Part shown: one piece after another, positions 1 through 10,034 of the stretch
Layout: the number at the start of each line of letters is the position of its first letter
Position numbering within the stretch: the stretch's first letter is position 1
Origin: Candidatus Multivorans sp.
GTDB taxonomy: Bacteria; Acidobacteriota; Thermoanaerobaculia; Multivoradales; Multivoraceae
Direction: 5' to 3'
Length of the DNA stretch: 64,000 nt
NCBI GenBank assembly: GCA_965247095.1
Contig: OZ251997.1
Location: forward strand, 4,096,001-4,160,000
The notes under the pieces: model-generated
What the model was told of the DNA's origin: nothing
The model's input: only the letters and a program-made list of their open reading frames with translations
Database searches by the model: none
Position numbers and translations under genes: made by a program

Positions 1-398
1 AGTTCGCCGAGTTCGAAGTGGGCCCGCGGCGTCCACTCGCTTTCGGCCTCACGCTCCAGCACCCGCAGCAGCTCGCCGCCGGCTTCCGCCGTATCGCCGG
101 TGCGCCGTCCCAGTGCGGCGGCCTCGACCAGGGCACGGCCGCGAATCGCCGATTGGGGGTGTTCGCTCTGCGGGAAGCGCCGGCTCAGCGCCAGCAACTG
201 CCGGCGCGCCTCGACGAGGTCGTCGGCGCTGCGGGCGGTCTGCACGGTGGCGAGAACCGCGTCCACGGCCGCGGCCGCCTCCTGCTCGGCCGCATCGTGC
301 TGGGCCGGCAGCGCCGCGGCGACGAAGACAACGCCGAGGCCGAGGCCGCGGCGGAGACTCCGGCCGCGGCGGGGGAGGCAGACCAACCCGCTCGGCAC
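1..398 (-). CDS. Secreted TPR-like protein, partial (runs off the left edge)
   Basis: Own translation from GTG at 398: signal-like GLGLGVVFVAAALPA, then helical segments (RRFPQSEHPQ...WTPRAHFELGEL) typical of TPR/BamD-like proteins; co-oriented with the M48 gene. Confidence 0.55.
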   Translation of the reverse strand, partial: MPSGLVCLPRRGRSLRRGLGLGVVFVAAALPAQHDAAEQEAAAAVDAVLATVQTARSADDLVEARRQLLALSRRFPQSEHPQSAIRGRALVEAAALGRRTGDTAEAGGELLRVLEREAESEWTPRAHFELGE

Positions 399-414
399 CC
401 AGCCGGTCGGGCGG

Positions 415-2244
415 CTACGCGTCGAGTTGCTCGTTGAGCCGCTCGTCACTGATCTGTTGGGCGCTTGGCGAGAGAGGGGCATGGGTGAGGATCAGGTTGG
501 CGCGCGCAATCGCCTTCGTCGCGTCGCCGAGATCCTGGTAGGTGAGCATCTCCTTGTAGAGCGAATCCGCGAGTCTGTTCAACTGCCCTTCGACCTCGCC
601 TGCGTAGGGGCCGTCCGGGAAGCGCTCGAGATACTCCGATCCGCTCGTGATGTCGTCGTAGTCGCCGACCAGTTTGTTCAGCCGATCCTCCGCCAACTGG
701 CCGAGTTCGGGGTCACGTTGCTGGAGCGCCAGGTGCTGGAGCGAGCCGAGGCGGGTGAGCACCGGCGCCAGGTTGCGGAGCCCGCGCTGTGCCGCGGCTG
801 CCGGGCTGTCGCCGTCCTCCTGGATGTCGCCGGCCGGTGCCGATTCCCAGGCTTTGAGGAAGTGCTCCACCGCGTCCGTCTCGCGGCCGAGCCGGCTGTA
901 GGAGATACCCAGGAGCAGCGCCACCTTCGGCGTCCGCGGGGAGTCGGGATAGTTCGAGAGGAAGGCTTCGAGGAAGGGAGTCTCGAACACGCCCCGGTCG
1001 AGGATCTTGATCGACTGGCCGTAGAACTCCTCCGACTGGCGGCGGAGATCGGCCAACTCGTTGCTGAGCACCGCCAGGAAGGGCGAGTCGGGGGTCAGAG
1101 AGCGCACGTTCTCCATCTGCCGGCGGTAGGCGGCGGTGATCCTGCCGTAGTCCCGGGAGGTGGTCAGCCGTTCGAGCTCCGCGTCTCGAAACCTGTGCAG
1201 GGTCTCAAGCCGCAACGACTCTGCGGCGGCGCCGGCGGGCCACGCGCCGAGCGCCAGGGCTTTCAGAAGATCGAGTTCGGGCGACGGTGGCGGCGGTTCC
1301 TGCGGGCGGCGGTGGGGCCGCTCCTTCCGTTCGCGCCGTTCGCGCTCCCCGAACTCGAGCAGAATGTTCTGCGTCGTGGTGCGGTACGCATCGACTTCTT
1401 CGGCGGGCGCCGGCGCCAGGGTCGCCAGGTAGCGGCCGCGGGCTTCGGCGGCGTGGACGCGCGAGTCGAAGAAGGGGTGGGTCTGCCAGTAGCCGAGGAG
1501 GTTCGACTGCGAGATGCGTTCGCTCATCCTGGCCATCAACTGCGCCAGCCCTTTCGGGTCGAAGCCGGCGGCGGCCGCATAGCGCTGCCCCTCCTCGTCG
1601 CTCTGGTCCTCGTGCTCGCGCGAGTAGCTGCGCAAGAGCAGTTCGGTGAGCACCATGCCGCCGGTAAGAGCCGCCTGGGCGGCAGCGGCGGTGGACCCCT
1701 GGTCGCGCGTATAGCCGTAGGGGCCGATGTAGCCGTCGTCCCGGTCGGCCGCGCTGGCCGCGATCAGGCCCACGGAGAGCAGCGAACTCGCCACGTTGAG
1801 CCAGGTCGCGCGCTTCTTCTGCTTCAGGAAGTGCTCGGAGGTGACGTGCGCGATCTCGTGGCCGAGCAGCACGGCCAGCATGTCATCCGAGAGCCCCAGG
1901 TCGAGCATGCCCCGGGTGATGAAGATCTGCCCGGCGGGCAGGGCGAAGGCATTGGGAAGCGCCGTGTCGACGACGGCGAAGGTGAAGGGGTAGCGGTCGA
2001 AGTCGGAGTGATAGGCGACCTGGTAGCCGATTCGGTTGACCCGCTCCTGTGCCTCGGGGTCGTCGAGCAGCCCGTACTGCTTCACCGCCTGAGCGGCCGC
2101 GGCCAGACTCTTCTGGAACAGTGCGGGGTTCGAGATCTCGACGCCGGGCGCGGCTGTTGCGCTCACGAGACACCAGACCAGGGCGACGGCGGTTGCGGAC
2201 CGCGCGGATGCCCTGCCGCGGGATGTTGGGTGGGCTGTGATCAT
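415..2244 (-). CDS. M48 family (BepA/YfgC-like) zinc metalloprotease with C-terminal TPR region
   Basis: PNAFALPAG, HEIAH zinc motif, YSREHEDQSD, THP; signal peptide; start moved to ATG 2244. Confidence 0.9.
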   Translation of the reverse strand: MITAHPTSRGRASARSATAVALVWCLVSATAAPGVEISNPALFQKSLAAAAQAVKQYGLLDDPEAQERVNRIGYQVAYHSDFDRYPFTFAVVDTALPNAFALPAGQIFITRGMLDLGLSDDMLAVLLGHEIAHVTSEHFLKQKKRATWLNVASSLLSVGLIAASAADRDDGYIGPYGYTRDQGSTAAAAQAALTGGMVLTELLLRSYSREHEDQSDEEGQRYAAAAGFDPKGLAQLMARMSERISQSNLLGYWQTHPFFDSRVHAAEARGRYLATLAPAPAEEVDAYRTTTQNILLEFGERERRERKERPHRRPQEPPPPSPELDLLKALALGAWPAGAAAESLRLETLHRFRDAELERLTTSRDYGRITAAYRRQMENVRSLTPDSPFLAVLSNELADLRRQSEEFYGQSIKILDRGVFETPFLEAFLSNYPDSPRTPKVALLLGISYSRLGRETDAVEHFLKAWESAPAGDIQEDGDSPAAAAQRGLRNLAPVLTRLGSLQHLALQQRDPELGQLAEDRLNKLVGDYDDITSGSEYLERFPDGPYAGEVEGQLNRLADSLYKEMLTYQDLGDATKAIARANLILTHAPLSPSAQQISDERLNEQLDA

Positions 2245-2372
2245 GGGTGAGGGAACGGTGGCCTGCTCTCGGGAGATTCCAGGCTCATTGGAGGATGCAC
2301 GCTCATATGAGCGTGCGTCGCAGGAAGATCGGCGTAACCCATGTTCTGCTGCGCACGCTCTAGGATAGCGCC

Positions 2373-3068
2373 GTGGCGGCCTCACAGGCGCTGGAGGCGT
2401 TGGCGATGGCGGCGCGGAGCAGCCGCGGCCATGAGCCGTGGGTGTTCTACCCGCAAGATGGCCGCTGGCGATGGTGGTCGTTTCAGCGCGGCTGGAACGA
2501 GGTCGAGCGGTGGCGGGCGGCGCTCGAGCATGGTGAACGACCATCCGCCGACCAGGTCCCGGCGCCCCAGTCCTCTCCGCAGGCGCTCTGTTGCCACCTC
2601 GCGGCGGCGCCGGCGGAGACCGTCGCTGCCGCCGTCTTCGACGGGTTGCTGGCGCCGCGTCCGCCGGCGCGGGAGATCGTCGTCGTCACCCCGCCCGCGG
2701 CGCCGGCGCCGGCGGAGGTGGACCGCCTGACCGTGCCCTGGCTGCATTGGTGCTGCGCGAATCTGGCGGTGCTGGTGCTCGAGCCGAGCCGCGAGGCGCT
2801 GGTCGGTTCGGTGTTGTGGTGCCGGCCGACGGTGCTTCTTGCCGGCGTTGCCCAGGAGCGCGCGCTCGCTGCGGCGGTGCGGGAGCGGAGCCGGGACCGT
2901 GAACGCCGGGCCGCGGCGCTGCTCGACCGGCTCCGTGTCCTCCTGGTTGCGGAAGAAGATCCGGAGGACGCCGGCGAAGCGCCTGATACGGCCGCCTTGT
3001 GGCGTGCCTGGGGCGTCGAGCGGCGGCTTGTGTGTCGTCAAGACTGTGGATCGCCCTTTCGCCGGTGA
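2373..3068 (+). CDS. Hypothetical protein, weakly resembling a degenerate AMP-binding (acyl-CoA synthetase) N-terminal region
   Basis: DGRWRWWSF...VERWRAAL and RPTVLLAG segments; no YTSGTTG P-loop motif. Confidence 0.4.
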   Translation: MAASQALEALAMAARSSRGHEPWVFYPQDGRWRWWSFQRGWNEVERWRAALEHGERPSADQVPAPQSSPQALCCHLAAAPAETVAAAVFDGLLAPRPPAREIVVVTPPAAPAPAEVDRLTVPWLHWCCANLAVLVLEPSREALVGSVLWCRPTVLLAGVAQERALAAAVRERSRDRERRAAALLDRLRVLLVAEEDPEDAGEAPDTAALWRAWGVERRLVCRQDCGSPFRR

Positions 3069-3169
3069 CGCCCGCCGGGGTCGGGCCGTTGATACAGTGC
3101 CGGCAGTTGAACACTGCAGGTCTGAGCGGCGCGGATGCGCCCCCGGCCGGCGCCCGAAGGAGGCCCAGG

Positions 3170-4219
3170 ATGAAGTTCCGGTTCTCGCCGCTGCTGGCGC
3201 TGCTCCTGGTTGCTGCGGCCGTTGCCGCGCCGGCCGGGGCGGCGGGCTTCACCATCAAGATGGCGACGTTGTCGCCCGACGGTTCGCCCTGGGATGGCTT
3301 CTTCGACACCATGGGCCGGGACTGGGAGAAGGGCACCGATGGCCGGGTCAGCCTGACGATCTATCCCGGTGGGGTGGCCGGCGACGAGCCGGACATCCTG
3401 CGCAAGATGAAGATCGGCCAGTACCACGCGGCCGCCCTGTCGGTCCGCGGCCTGGCCGACATCTCGAAGGACTTCACCGTCTTCGAGATTCCCCTGTTCT
3501 TCCACGACGAGAAGGAGATGTCCCATGTGCTGCGGGAACTGACCCCCGGCCTGCGCGAGACGCTGGACGAGGAGGGCTTCGTCCTCCTGGGCTGGGGCTA
3601 CGTAGGCCAGGTTCACTTCTTCACGAACGAGCGGGCGCGCACCGTCGAGGAGATGCAGAGGCTCAAGATCTTCACTTGGGCCGGCGACGAGGCAATGACG
3701 AGGTGGTGGCGGGAGGGTGGCTTCAAGCCGGTGTCGCTCGCGGTCACAGACATGATGACTGGGCTTCAGACCGGCATGATCGACGCTCTCGCCGTGCCGC
3801 CGATCTACGCGATGCAGGTCCAGTTCTTCAAGCAGGCGAAGTACTTCGCCGACATTCCGTTGATCCCCATGATGGGCGCCATCGTGGTCACGAAGCGGGC
3901 ATGGAACCGGATCTCGGAAGCGGACCGGAAGGTGATGATCATGGCCGGTCGGCGGGCCGAGGACCGGATCTTCGAGACGATTCCCACCCTCGAACAGACG
4001 GCGATCAAGCTGATGGGAAGCCAGGGGCTGGAGGTCGTCCCGATCGTGGGCACCGAGGTCGAGGACGACTGGAAGCGGATCGCCCGCAGCTTCGCCGACG
4101 ACATGCGGGGCAAGGTCGTACCGGAGGCGATCTTCGACCGGGCAACGGAGTTGCGGGACGCCTACCGTAAGCAGCAGGAGGCCGAGGCGGCCGCTGCGGC
4201 GTCGGACAGCGGCCGGTAG
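3170..4219 (+). CDS. dctP: TRAP transporter substrate-binding protein DctP
   Basis: AAGGAGG RBS, signal peptide, IKMATLSPDGSPW, IYPGGVAGDE, LQTGMIDA. Confidence 0.9.
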   Translation: MKFRFSPLLALLLVAAAVAAPAGAAGFTIKMATLSPDGSPWDGFFDTMGRDWEKGTDGRVSLTIYPGGVAGDEPDILRKMKIGQYHAAALSVRGLADISKDFTVFEIPLFFHDEKEMSHVLRELTPGLRETLDEEGFVLLGWGYVGQVHFFTNERARTVEEMQRLKIFTWAGDEAMTRWWREGGFKPVSLAVTDMMTGLQTGMIDALAVPPIYAMQVQFFKQAKYFADIPLIPMMGAIVVTKRAWNRISEADRKVMIMAGRRAEDRIFETIPTLEQTAIKLMGSQGLEVVPIVGTEVEDDWKRIARSFADDMRGKVVPEAIFDRATELRDAYRKQQEAEAAAAASDSGR

Positions 4220-4239
4220 GCCTTTGACTGCGGGGACCC

Positions 4240-6078
4240 TTGACTGAAGGGGGCGCCGCGGCCCGGCTCCGGGCAGTGGTACGCCTCGTGCACCGCGCCG
4301 AGGATGGCGTCTCGAGCGTGCTTCTGGCCGCCATGGTGCTGCTGCCCTTAGGTGAGATCGTCGTCCGCCAGACCGGCTCCGGCATTCCCGGCGCGCTTCC
4401 CTTCCAACAGCACCTGACGCTGTGGGTTGCCTTCCTCGGCGCGGCCCTGGCGGCGCGCGAGGGGCGCCTGCTGGCCCTGGCCACCGGAACCCTCCTGCCC
4501 GAGGGCCGGTTTCGGAGCGCGGCGGCGGTTCTGACCGGCGGCGTCAGCGCGATGGTGGCGACGCTGCTGGGGCTGGCCAGTCTGGATCTGGTGCGGATCG
4601 AGCACGAGGGCGGCATCGAGATGGCGGCCGGCGTGCCCGTCTGGGTGGGGCAGGCGGTCATGCCGGTCGGCTTTGCGCTGCTGGCGCTGCGGCTGGCGTG
4701 GAAGTCGTCGGATCGCTGGCTGGGGCGCGGTCTGGCGATGCTCGGCATCGCGCTGGCGCTCTGGATCAACGCGAACGGGGACGCCTTCGCCGATCGCACG
4801 GCGGCGCCCTGGTTGGTGCTGATTCTGGCTTCGACCCTGCTCGGCGGCCCCATCTTCGCCGCCCTGGGCGGCGCGGCCGTGTTCCTTTTCCTCACCGACT
4901 TCGTTCCGCTCGCCGCCATCCCGGCGGAGAGCTACCGGCTCGCGGTGTCTCCGACGCTGGCGGCGATTCCGCTGTTCACGCTGACCGGCTTCCTGCTCGC
5001 CGAGGGCGGGGCGTCCGAACGGCTGCTGCGAGTGTTCCGCGCCATGTTCGGCTGGGCGCCGGGTGGGACGGCGGTGGTCTGCGCCGTGGTGTGCGCGTTC
5101 TTCACCGTGTTCACCGGCGGCTCCGGCGTCACCATCCTGGCGCTGGGGGGCGTTCTTTTTGCCGCCCTCTCCGCGGACGGCTACCGCGAGCGGTTCTCAC
5201 TCGGGCTCCTGACCTCGTCCGGATCCCTCGGTCTCCTGCTGCCGCCGGCCTTGCCGCTGATCCTCTTCGGCATCGTCGCGCAGGTTCCGATCGAGGACCT
5301 GTTCATCGGCGGCGTGGTGCCGGGTTTTCTGCTGATCGTCCTGATCGCAGCCTGGGGCGTGCGGGAGGGCCTGCGCGGCGGCGCCCGCCGCACCCGCGTC
5401 TCGATGCCGGAGTTCGGACGGGCAGTCTGGGCCGGAAAGTGGGAGTTGCTGCTCCCCGTCGTCATCGTGGGCGCGATCTTCAGCGGCTACGCGACCCTGG
5501 TCGAGTCGGCGGCCCTGGCCGCTCTCTACGCCTTCATCGTCCAGTGCGTGATCCACCGCGATCTGAAGGTGGGGAAGCCACTGATCGCGGTGTTCCGGCA
5601 GTGCACCGTGCTGGTCGGCGGGGTGCTGATCATCCTGGTGGTGGCGATGGGGCTCACGAGCTGGCTGGTGGACGCCCAGGCGGCCCAGCGTCTGGTCGAG
5701 CTGGCGCAGGACAACATCGAATCGAAGATCCTCTTCCTGCTGCTGCTCAACGTCTTCCTGCTCCTGGTCGGCTGCCTGATGGACATCTTCTCGGCCACCG
5801 TGGTCGTCGTACCCCTGATCATCCCGCTCGGTCTGGCCTTCGGCGTCGACCCGATCCACCTCGGGATCATCTTCGTCGCCAACCTGGAACTCGGCTACCT
5901 GACGCCGCCGGTGGGTCTCAACCTGTTCCTGGCGTCCTACCGCTTCGAGCGGCCGCTGCTTCAGATCTACCGGGCCGCGGTGCCGGCGCTCGTGATCCTC
6001 GGCGTCGGCGTGCTGTTGATCACCTACGTGCCGGTGCTGACTCTGGGGCTCCTGGAGCTGATGGGCAGGGGCGCCTGA
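4240..6078 (+). CDS. TRAP transporter fused small/large permease DctQM
   Basis: 612 aa polytopic protein; LAAIPLFTLTG, SGSLGLLLPP, GYLTPPVGLNLF DctM motifs; N-terminal DctQ-like helices. Confidence 0.92.
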   Translation: MTEGGAAARLRAVVRLVHRAEDGVSSVLLAAMVLLPLGEIVVRQTGSGIPGALPFQQHLTLWVAFLGAALAAREGRLLALATGTLLPEGRFRSAAAVLTGGVSAMVATLLGLASLDLVRIEHEGGIEMAAGVPVWVGQAVMPVGFALLALRLAWKSSDRWLGRGLAMLGIALALWINANGDAFADRTAAPWLVLILASTLLGGPIFAALGGAAVFLFLTDFVPLAAIPAESYRLAVSPTLAAIPLFTLTGFLLAEGGASERLLRVFRAMFGWAPGGTAVVCAVVCAFFTVFTGGSGVTILALGGVLFAALSADGYRERFSLGLLTSSGSLGLLLPPALPLILFGIVAQVPIEDLFIGGVVPGFLLIVLIAAWGVREGLRGGARRTRVSMPEFGRAVWAGKWELLLPVVIVGAIFSGYATLVESAALAALYAFIVQCVIHRDLKVGKPLIAVFRQCTVLVGGVLIILVVAMGLTSWLVDAQAAQRLVELAQDNIESKILFLLLLNVFLLLVGCLMDIFSATVVVVPLIIPLGLAFGVDPIHLGIIFVANLELGYLTPPVGLNLFLASYRFERPLLQIYRAAVPALVILGVGVLLITYVPVLTLGLLELMGRGA

Positions 6079-6093
6079 AGTACGGTTGGCTCG

Positions 6094-6663
6094 ATGAACT
6101 GGAAGCGCCTGCAGTCCGTCGCCGTCGTGTGGTCCACGGTCTTCGTGGTTGCCGCGATCCTGGCCGTGGTCGGTGTTCAGGTCGTTCCGCGCGGCGTGCC
6201 GGGACTGGTCGGGGCGTTGCATGTGCTGGTTGCGGCCATCGGCTTCTTCTGCGGCGTCGCGGCGACCCGGCGCCGGGCCGAGATTGACGCCCTGCGCTGG
6301 CGCCGCGTGGAGGACTCGGACCTCACTTCGAGCGAGCGGGAACACGCCCACCGCGAGGCGGAGTCGGAGCTGAAGGGGGCGAGCGCACGGTTCCTGCTCG
6401 TCGGCGTGACCTTAGGGGGCTGGCTCGCCTACCAGTTGCGCGCCGAGCGTCCGGAGTCGGGCGCCGCGGTCACGGAACTCCTGGGCGGTGAAGCGCCGGA
6501 GGTCGCCGCGCCCGGGCAGACCGCGGCCGAAGCCCTGGCGTCGGCGCCGGCGTACACGGTGAGCGCGTCCGATCTGCTCATCGCGACGCCGCTGATCGCG
6601 TTCGGTCTCGGCGTGCTGTGGGCTCGTCGCGGCGTCGACCGGTCGGCGCCCTACGACGCCTGA
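6094..6663 (+). CDS. Hypothetical membrane protein (about 4 TM)
   Basis: Four hydrophobic segments; follows the TRAP genes in the same orientation. Confidence 0.65.
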   Translation: MNWKRLQSVAVVWSTVFVVAAILAVVGVQVVPRGVPGLVGALHVLVAAIGFFCGVAATRRRAEIDALRWRRVEDSDLTSSEREHAHREAESELKGASARFLLVGVTLGGWLAYQLRAERPESGAAVTELLGGEAPEVAAPGQTAAEALASAPAYTVSASDLLIATPLIAFGLGVLWARRGVDRSAPYDA

Positions 6664-6675
6664 GCGAGATCTGCT

Positions 6676-6972
6676 CTACCGCAGCCGCGCCACGGTCGCG
6701 CCCCATCCGCCGCCGCCGGGACCGCCGCTCTTGAACGAAACGACCCGTGGATCGCGCTCCAGCACCTTGCGCACGATCTGGCGCTGCACGCCGATGCCGC
6801 GGCCGTGGATGAAGCGAACCTCGCGGAAGCCCTTCTCGTACGCGGCGTCGAGGTAGCTCAGGGCGACGTCCTTCACGTCGCGGGGCGCGAAGGGGTGCAG
6901 GTCGATCTCGTCGCCGATCGGCACCTCAACGATGTCGTCCATGTCCGGTGCGAAGTCGTCTTCGGGGGGCAT
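6676..6972 (-). CDS. Stand-alone Smr/MutS2 C-terminal domain protein
   Basis: EIDLHPF...RFIHGRGIGVQR...GGGWGATVARL; start at ATG 6972. Confidence 0.9.
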   Translation of the reverse strand: MPPEDDFAPDMDDIVEVPIGDEIDLHPFAPRDVKDVALSYLDAAYEKGFREVRFIHGRGIGVQRQIVRKVLERDPRVVSFKSGGPGGGGWGATVARLR

Positions 6973-6986
6973 GGCGACAGCTCTGG

Positions 6987-9900
6987 CTAGAACAGTTTGA
7001 GGACGGCGATGAAGGCGCTCCAGCCGTCGTCCGGCCCGGCCAGGGCGGTGCCCACGTCCATGTTGACCACCGTACCCCAGGGGCCGATGAAGGTGCCGAC
7101 GATGCCGGCGCCGGCGAGCAGTTCGTTGTTCAGGCCGGAGGCCATGTCCGTCGCCCAGGCGGCGTCGCCGACTAGGTCGATGCGGAAGAGCTGGCCGAGT
7201 TCGAAGCCGTAGCTGAGGTGCGCCGCCGCCGCCCGTTCGGCGCGGACCTTGTCGCTCTGGTAGCCGTGGACGGTCACATCGGAGAAGAACCCGAACTCGT
7301 ACTTGCTGAAGCGGTCCAGGTCGGCGCCGTCCGCGTATTCGACGGACAGGCCGAACTTCTGGAACTTCGGCAGGTGCCAGGTCTTGGCGACCCCCACGTT
7401 CCAGAGCGTGTAGCTGTCCGGCGTCAGGTTGGCGCCGCCGAGGCCCCAGGGCGCCCACTCGCCTCGCAGGTTCCACGAGCCGCCGAGCACCAACCGGTAG
7501 CCCGAACGGGTGTAGCGGAGGCTGGTCGCCAGGCTGTGACGGAGGTGATCCGTGGGCAGCACGAAGTCCTCGCTCGTGGCGTCGGCGCGCTGGAACTTGT
7601 TCCAGGACAGCTCATAGCGGAAGTCGAGCTTCGTGTAGCTGCCGAGCGGGCGGCCGAGGCTGAAGTCCATGTTCGGCCGCAGCCGTTCGACGTTCTCCTG
7701 CGGCGCTTCCCGGCCGTCGCGGTAGAGGGTGTCCTCGCCGGCGAATGCCAGCGCGAAGAGGTCGACGCCGGCATCCCAACGCGAGCCGAACAGGCTCGGG
7801 TTAGCGACATTGGCGAGGATCAGCGGACCGGCGATGAACAGGTCGGCCTGGGTGCCCGTGCCGCGCCAGTCGAAGGCCAGCCAGTTCACGCCGCCCAGGG
7901 GCAGGGGGCCGCTCTGGGCCTCGTCGTAGAAGGCGCCGCCGACGATGAACATCCGGGTCTTGTCGTCCTCCTTGACCACCCGTTCGCCGGTCTCGTTGTC
8001 GATGGCCAGGTAGCGAAGCCCCACCTCGGTGTCGCGCACCATCGTCGCTTCGGAGTCCAGGGTCGCCTGCCGGCGGGTCTCGAAGTCGGTCGGGTTGATC
8101 TCGATCCCGGTGAGTTCGGTCAACCCCTCAACGACCGTTGTCGCGTTCAGCAGGGAGAACAGCCGCTGACTGACGACCCGGGCCGGCAGCCAGTACGACG
8201 ACCGCTCCCACGCTGCCGGCTCGCCGTGCGCGTCGACCGGAGCGTAGAAGGTGGTCTCGTCGTTCGAGAGGACATCGCCGGTCAGACCGAGCTGGACCGC
8301 GCGGGTCTTCACCCGGGCGTAGATCTCGCGGTCCACCCACACCGTGCCGCGGAACAGGCTGCGGCCCTCCCCCAGCGCCGCCGCCGGCTCGAACTCGACG
8401 ACCCAGGTGTCGCGGCCCTCGACCGTTGCGGTGCCCCGCAGCCGGTAGCGGTACTCCTTGGTGAAGGTGATCGCGGCAGGCATCGCGGCCGCCTTCTCCG
8501 GCTGGATCAGGGGGATCTCGGGGATCTTCTTGCGCCGCCAGCGAATGCCGTTGACGAAGAAGTTGTCCCAGGCCCAATCGAAACCGGCCTTGCATGAAAC
8601 AGGCCTTTTCCCGTGCGTCAGCGCGGCGCAGACGCCGCGACTTGATTCCTGGCGGAAGAAGAAGGGGCCCTGAAAGGTCACGTCGACCGTCTGGATGCCG
8701 GTACCGAGCTGGAAGCGCAGCGAGGTCGTGTTGGTGGCGCTGTAGTTCGCGATCCGCCTCGACTGGTCGTCCTCGAAGGCCTGCAGCCGCCTCAGGATCT
8801 CTCCAACCGGCACTTGGCGCGTGTCGGCGACGGTCAGGGCCTCTTCGATGCTCGTAGCACCCTCGAGGTTGACCGCGAGATTGCGGTCGAGCCGGAACAC
8901 GAAGGGTCCGTCGGTTTCGGCCAGCTTGAGTTCGTAGCCGTTCCGCGTGCGCCGGCCGCCGAACAGCAGGTCGGTCTCGCCGGTCGCGGGATCGAAGCGG
9001 GCGGGCGATCCGATCTGCCGATCGTTGAAGCTGAGGGTGACCGGGGCGCCTGCTGCCGGTGGCGACACGACGATCCTCAGGCTCAGGTCCTGCCCGTGGA
9101 CGAAGCTCCAGGCGTCCGCGCCGCCGGGCGTCGAGTAGGGGTCGAAGGCGACATCGCCGGAGAACTCCTGGGCGATCAGGCGGGCGGCTCGAACCGCGGC
9201 GGTGTCGGCGTCGCCGTCGCCGGAGAGTGCGAACAAGGACAGGGTGGCGCCGGCTTCCGCCTCGGCGGCGGCCCGAACGAGCAGGTCGCCGCCGGCGTCT
9301 CCGCCCGTGGCCGCGGTCCCGGCGGGACCCGGCTCGACCGCGACGAGGGCATCCGGGTCCAGTTCACGGATCAAGCGCCGCAAGGCGCCCAGATCGACGA
9401 AGTTCAAGGTCGTGGGGGCGGTGAGGGCGACTCCGTCCAGGTAGGCGTCGAGTTCCTGCGCGTAGAGAGCGCGGATCAACTCCGGATCACCCGGCAGCGG
9501 CGCCGAGACGACGGCGGCATCCGGCTGCGCGCCCGAAACGGCGACCGCCGCCCGCTTCAGCGCCAGCGCGTACTCCTGGACCTCCAGGGGTTCGTTGCGG
9601 AGTTCCGTCGGCCAGATGAGCTGGAAGAAGGCGCCGGCTCGTGCCGACCGGGCGAGGTTGGCCAGCCGCTCCAGCTCCGGCGTCAGCTCGCCGGCGCGGT
9701 CGGCGGCCGGCGGCGGCGCGGCGAAGCGGACCGCGTACCAGGGTCTGGCGCCCCTGTCCCGCAGCCGCGACGCCGCCTCCGCTGCCGCGGCGACCGCGGC
9801 CTCGTCCGCGAGATCGACCGGCCACTTGACCACGAGAAGCGCCTCGTCCGGCACGTTGGGGAGCGTGCGCAGGACCTCCACCACCGACTCGGGGTCCTCG

Positions 9901-9998
9901 GTAGCCAGACCGACACAGGGGTTGCAGGGCAACTGCCCGGCGACCGGCAGGGCGCTTGTCATCAGCAGCAGGCTGGCCGCCAGCAGTGTTCTTGTCAT
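6987..9998 (-). CDS. Large secreted/outer-membrane protein (1003 aa) with probable C-terminal beta-barrel
   Basis: Signal peptide; middle LolA-like segment (YRYRLRGTATVEGRDTWVVEFEP...GTVWVDREIY); amphipathic beta strands ending in terminal Phe. Confidence 0.75.
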   Translation of the reverse strand: MTRTLLAASLLLMTSALPVAGQLPCNPCVGLATEDPESVVEVLRTLPNVPDEALLVVKWPVDLADEAAVAAAAEAASRLRDRGARPWYAVRFAAPPPAADRAGELTPELERLANLARSARAGAFFQLIWPTELRNEPLEVQEYALALKRAAVAVSGAQPDAAVVSAPLPGDPELIRALYAQELDAYLDGVALTAPTTLNFVDLGALRRLIRELDPDALVAVEPGPAGTAATGGDAGGDLLVRAAAEAEAGATLSLFALSGDGDADTAAVRAARLIAQEFSGDVAFDPYSTPGGADAWSFVHGQDLSLRIVVSPPAAGAPVTLSFNDRQIGSPARFDPATGETDLLFGGRRTRNGYELKLAETDGPFVFRLDRNLAVNLEGATSIEEALTVADTRQVPVGEILRRLQAFEDDQSRRIANYSATNTTSLRFQLGTGIQTVDVTFQGPFFFRQESSRGVCAALTHGKRPVSCKAGFDWAWDNFFVNGIRWRRKKIPEIPLIQPEKAAAMPAAITFTKEYRYRLRGTATVEGRDTWVVEFEPAAALGEGRSLFRGTVWVDREIYARVKTRAVQLGLTGDVLSNDETTFYAPVDAHGEPAAWERSSYWLPARVVSQRLFSLLNATTVVEGLTELTGIEINPTDFETRRQATLDSEATMVRDTEVGLRYLAIDNETGERVVKEDDKTRMFIVGGAFYDEAQSGPLPLGGVNWLAFDWRGTGTQADLFIAGPLILANVANPSLFGSRWDAGVDLFALAFAGEDTLYRDGREAPQENVERLRPNMDFSLGRPLGSYTKLDFRYELSWNKFQRADATSEDFVLPTDHLRHSLATSLRYTRSGYRLVLGGSWNLRGEWAPWGLGGANLTPDSYTLWNVGVAKTWHLPKFQKFGLSVEYADGADLDRFSKYEFGFFSDVTVHGYQSDKVRAERAAAAHLSYGFELGQLFRIDLVGDAAWATDMASGLNNELLAGAGIVGTFIGPWGTVVNMDVGTALAGPDDGWSAFIAVLKLF

Positions 9999-10034
9999 GG
10001 TCGTTTCCGGGTCTCTTCGTTCGTTGGACGGAGG

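Noticed and set aside
100-2250. Long antisense or alternative-frame ORFs (e.g. 100-2250 +, 28089-30971 -, 50393-53320 -, 57758-59317 -)
   Set aside because: Shadows of real genes in very GC-rich DNA; no recognisable motifs, and they fully overlap well-supported CDSs.
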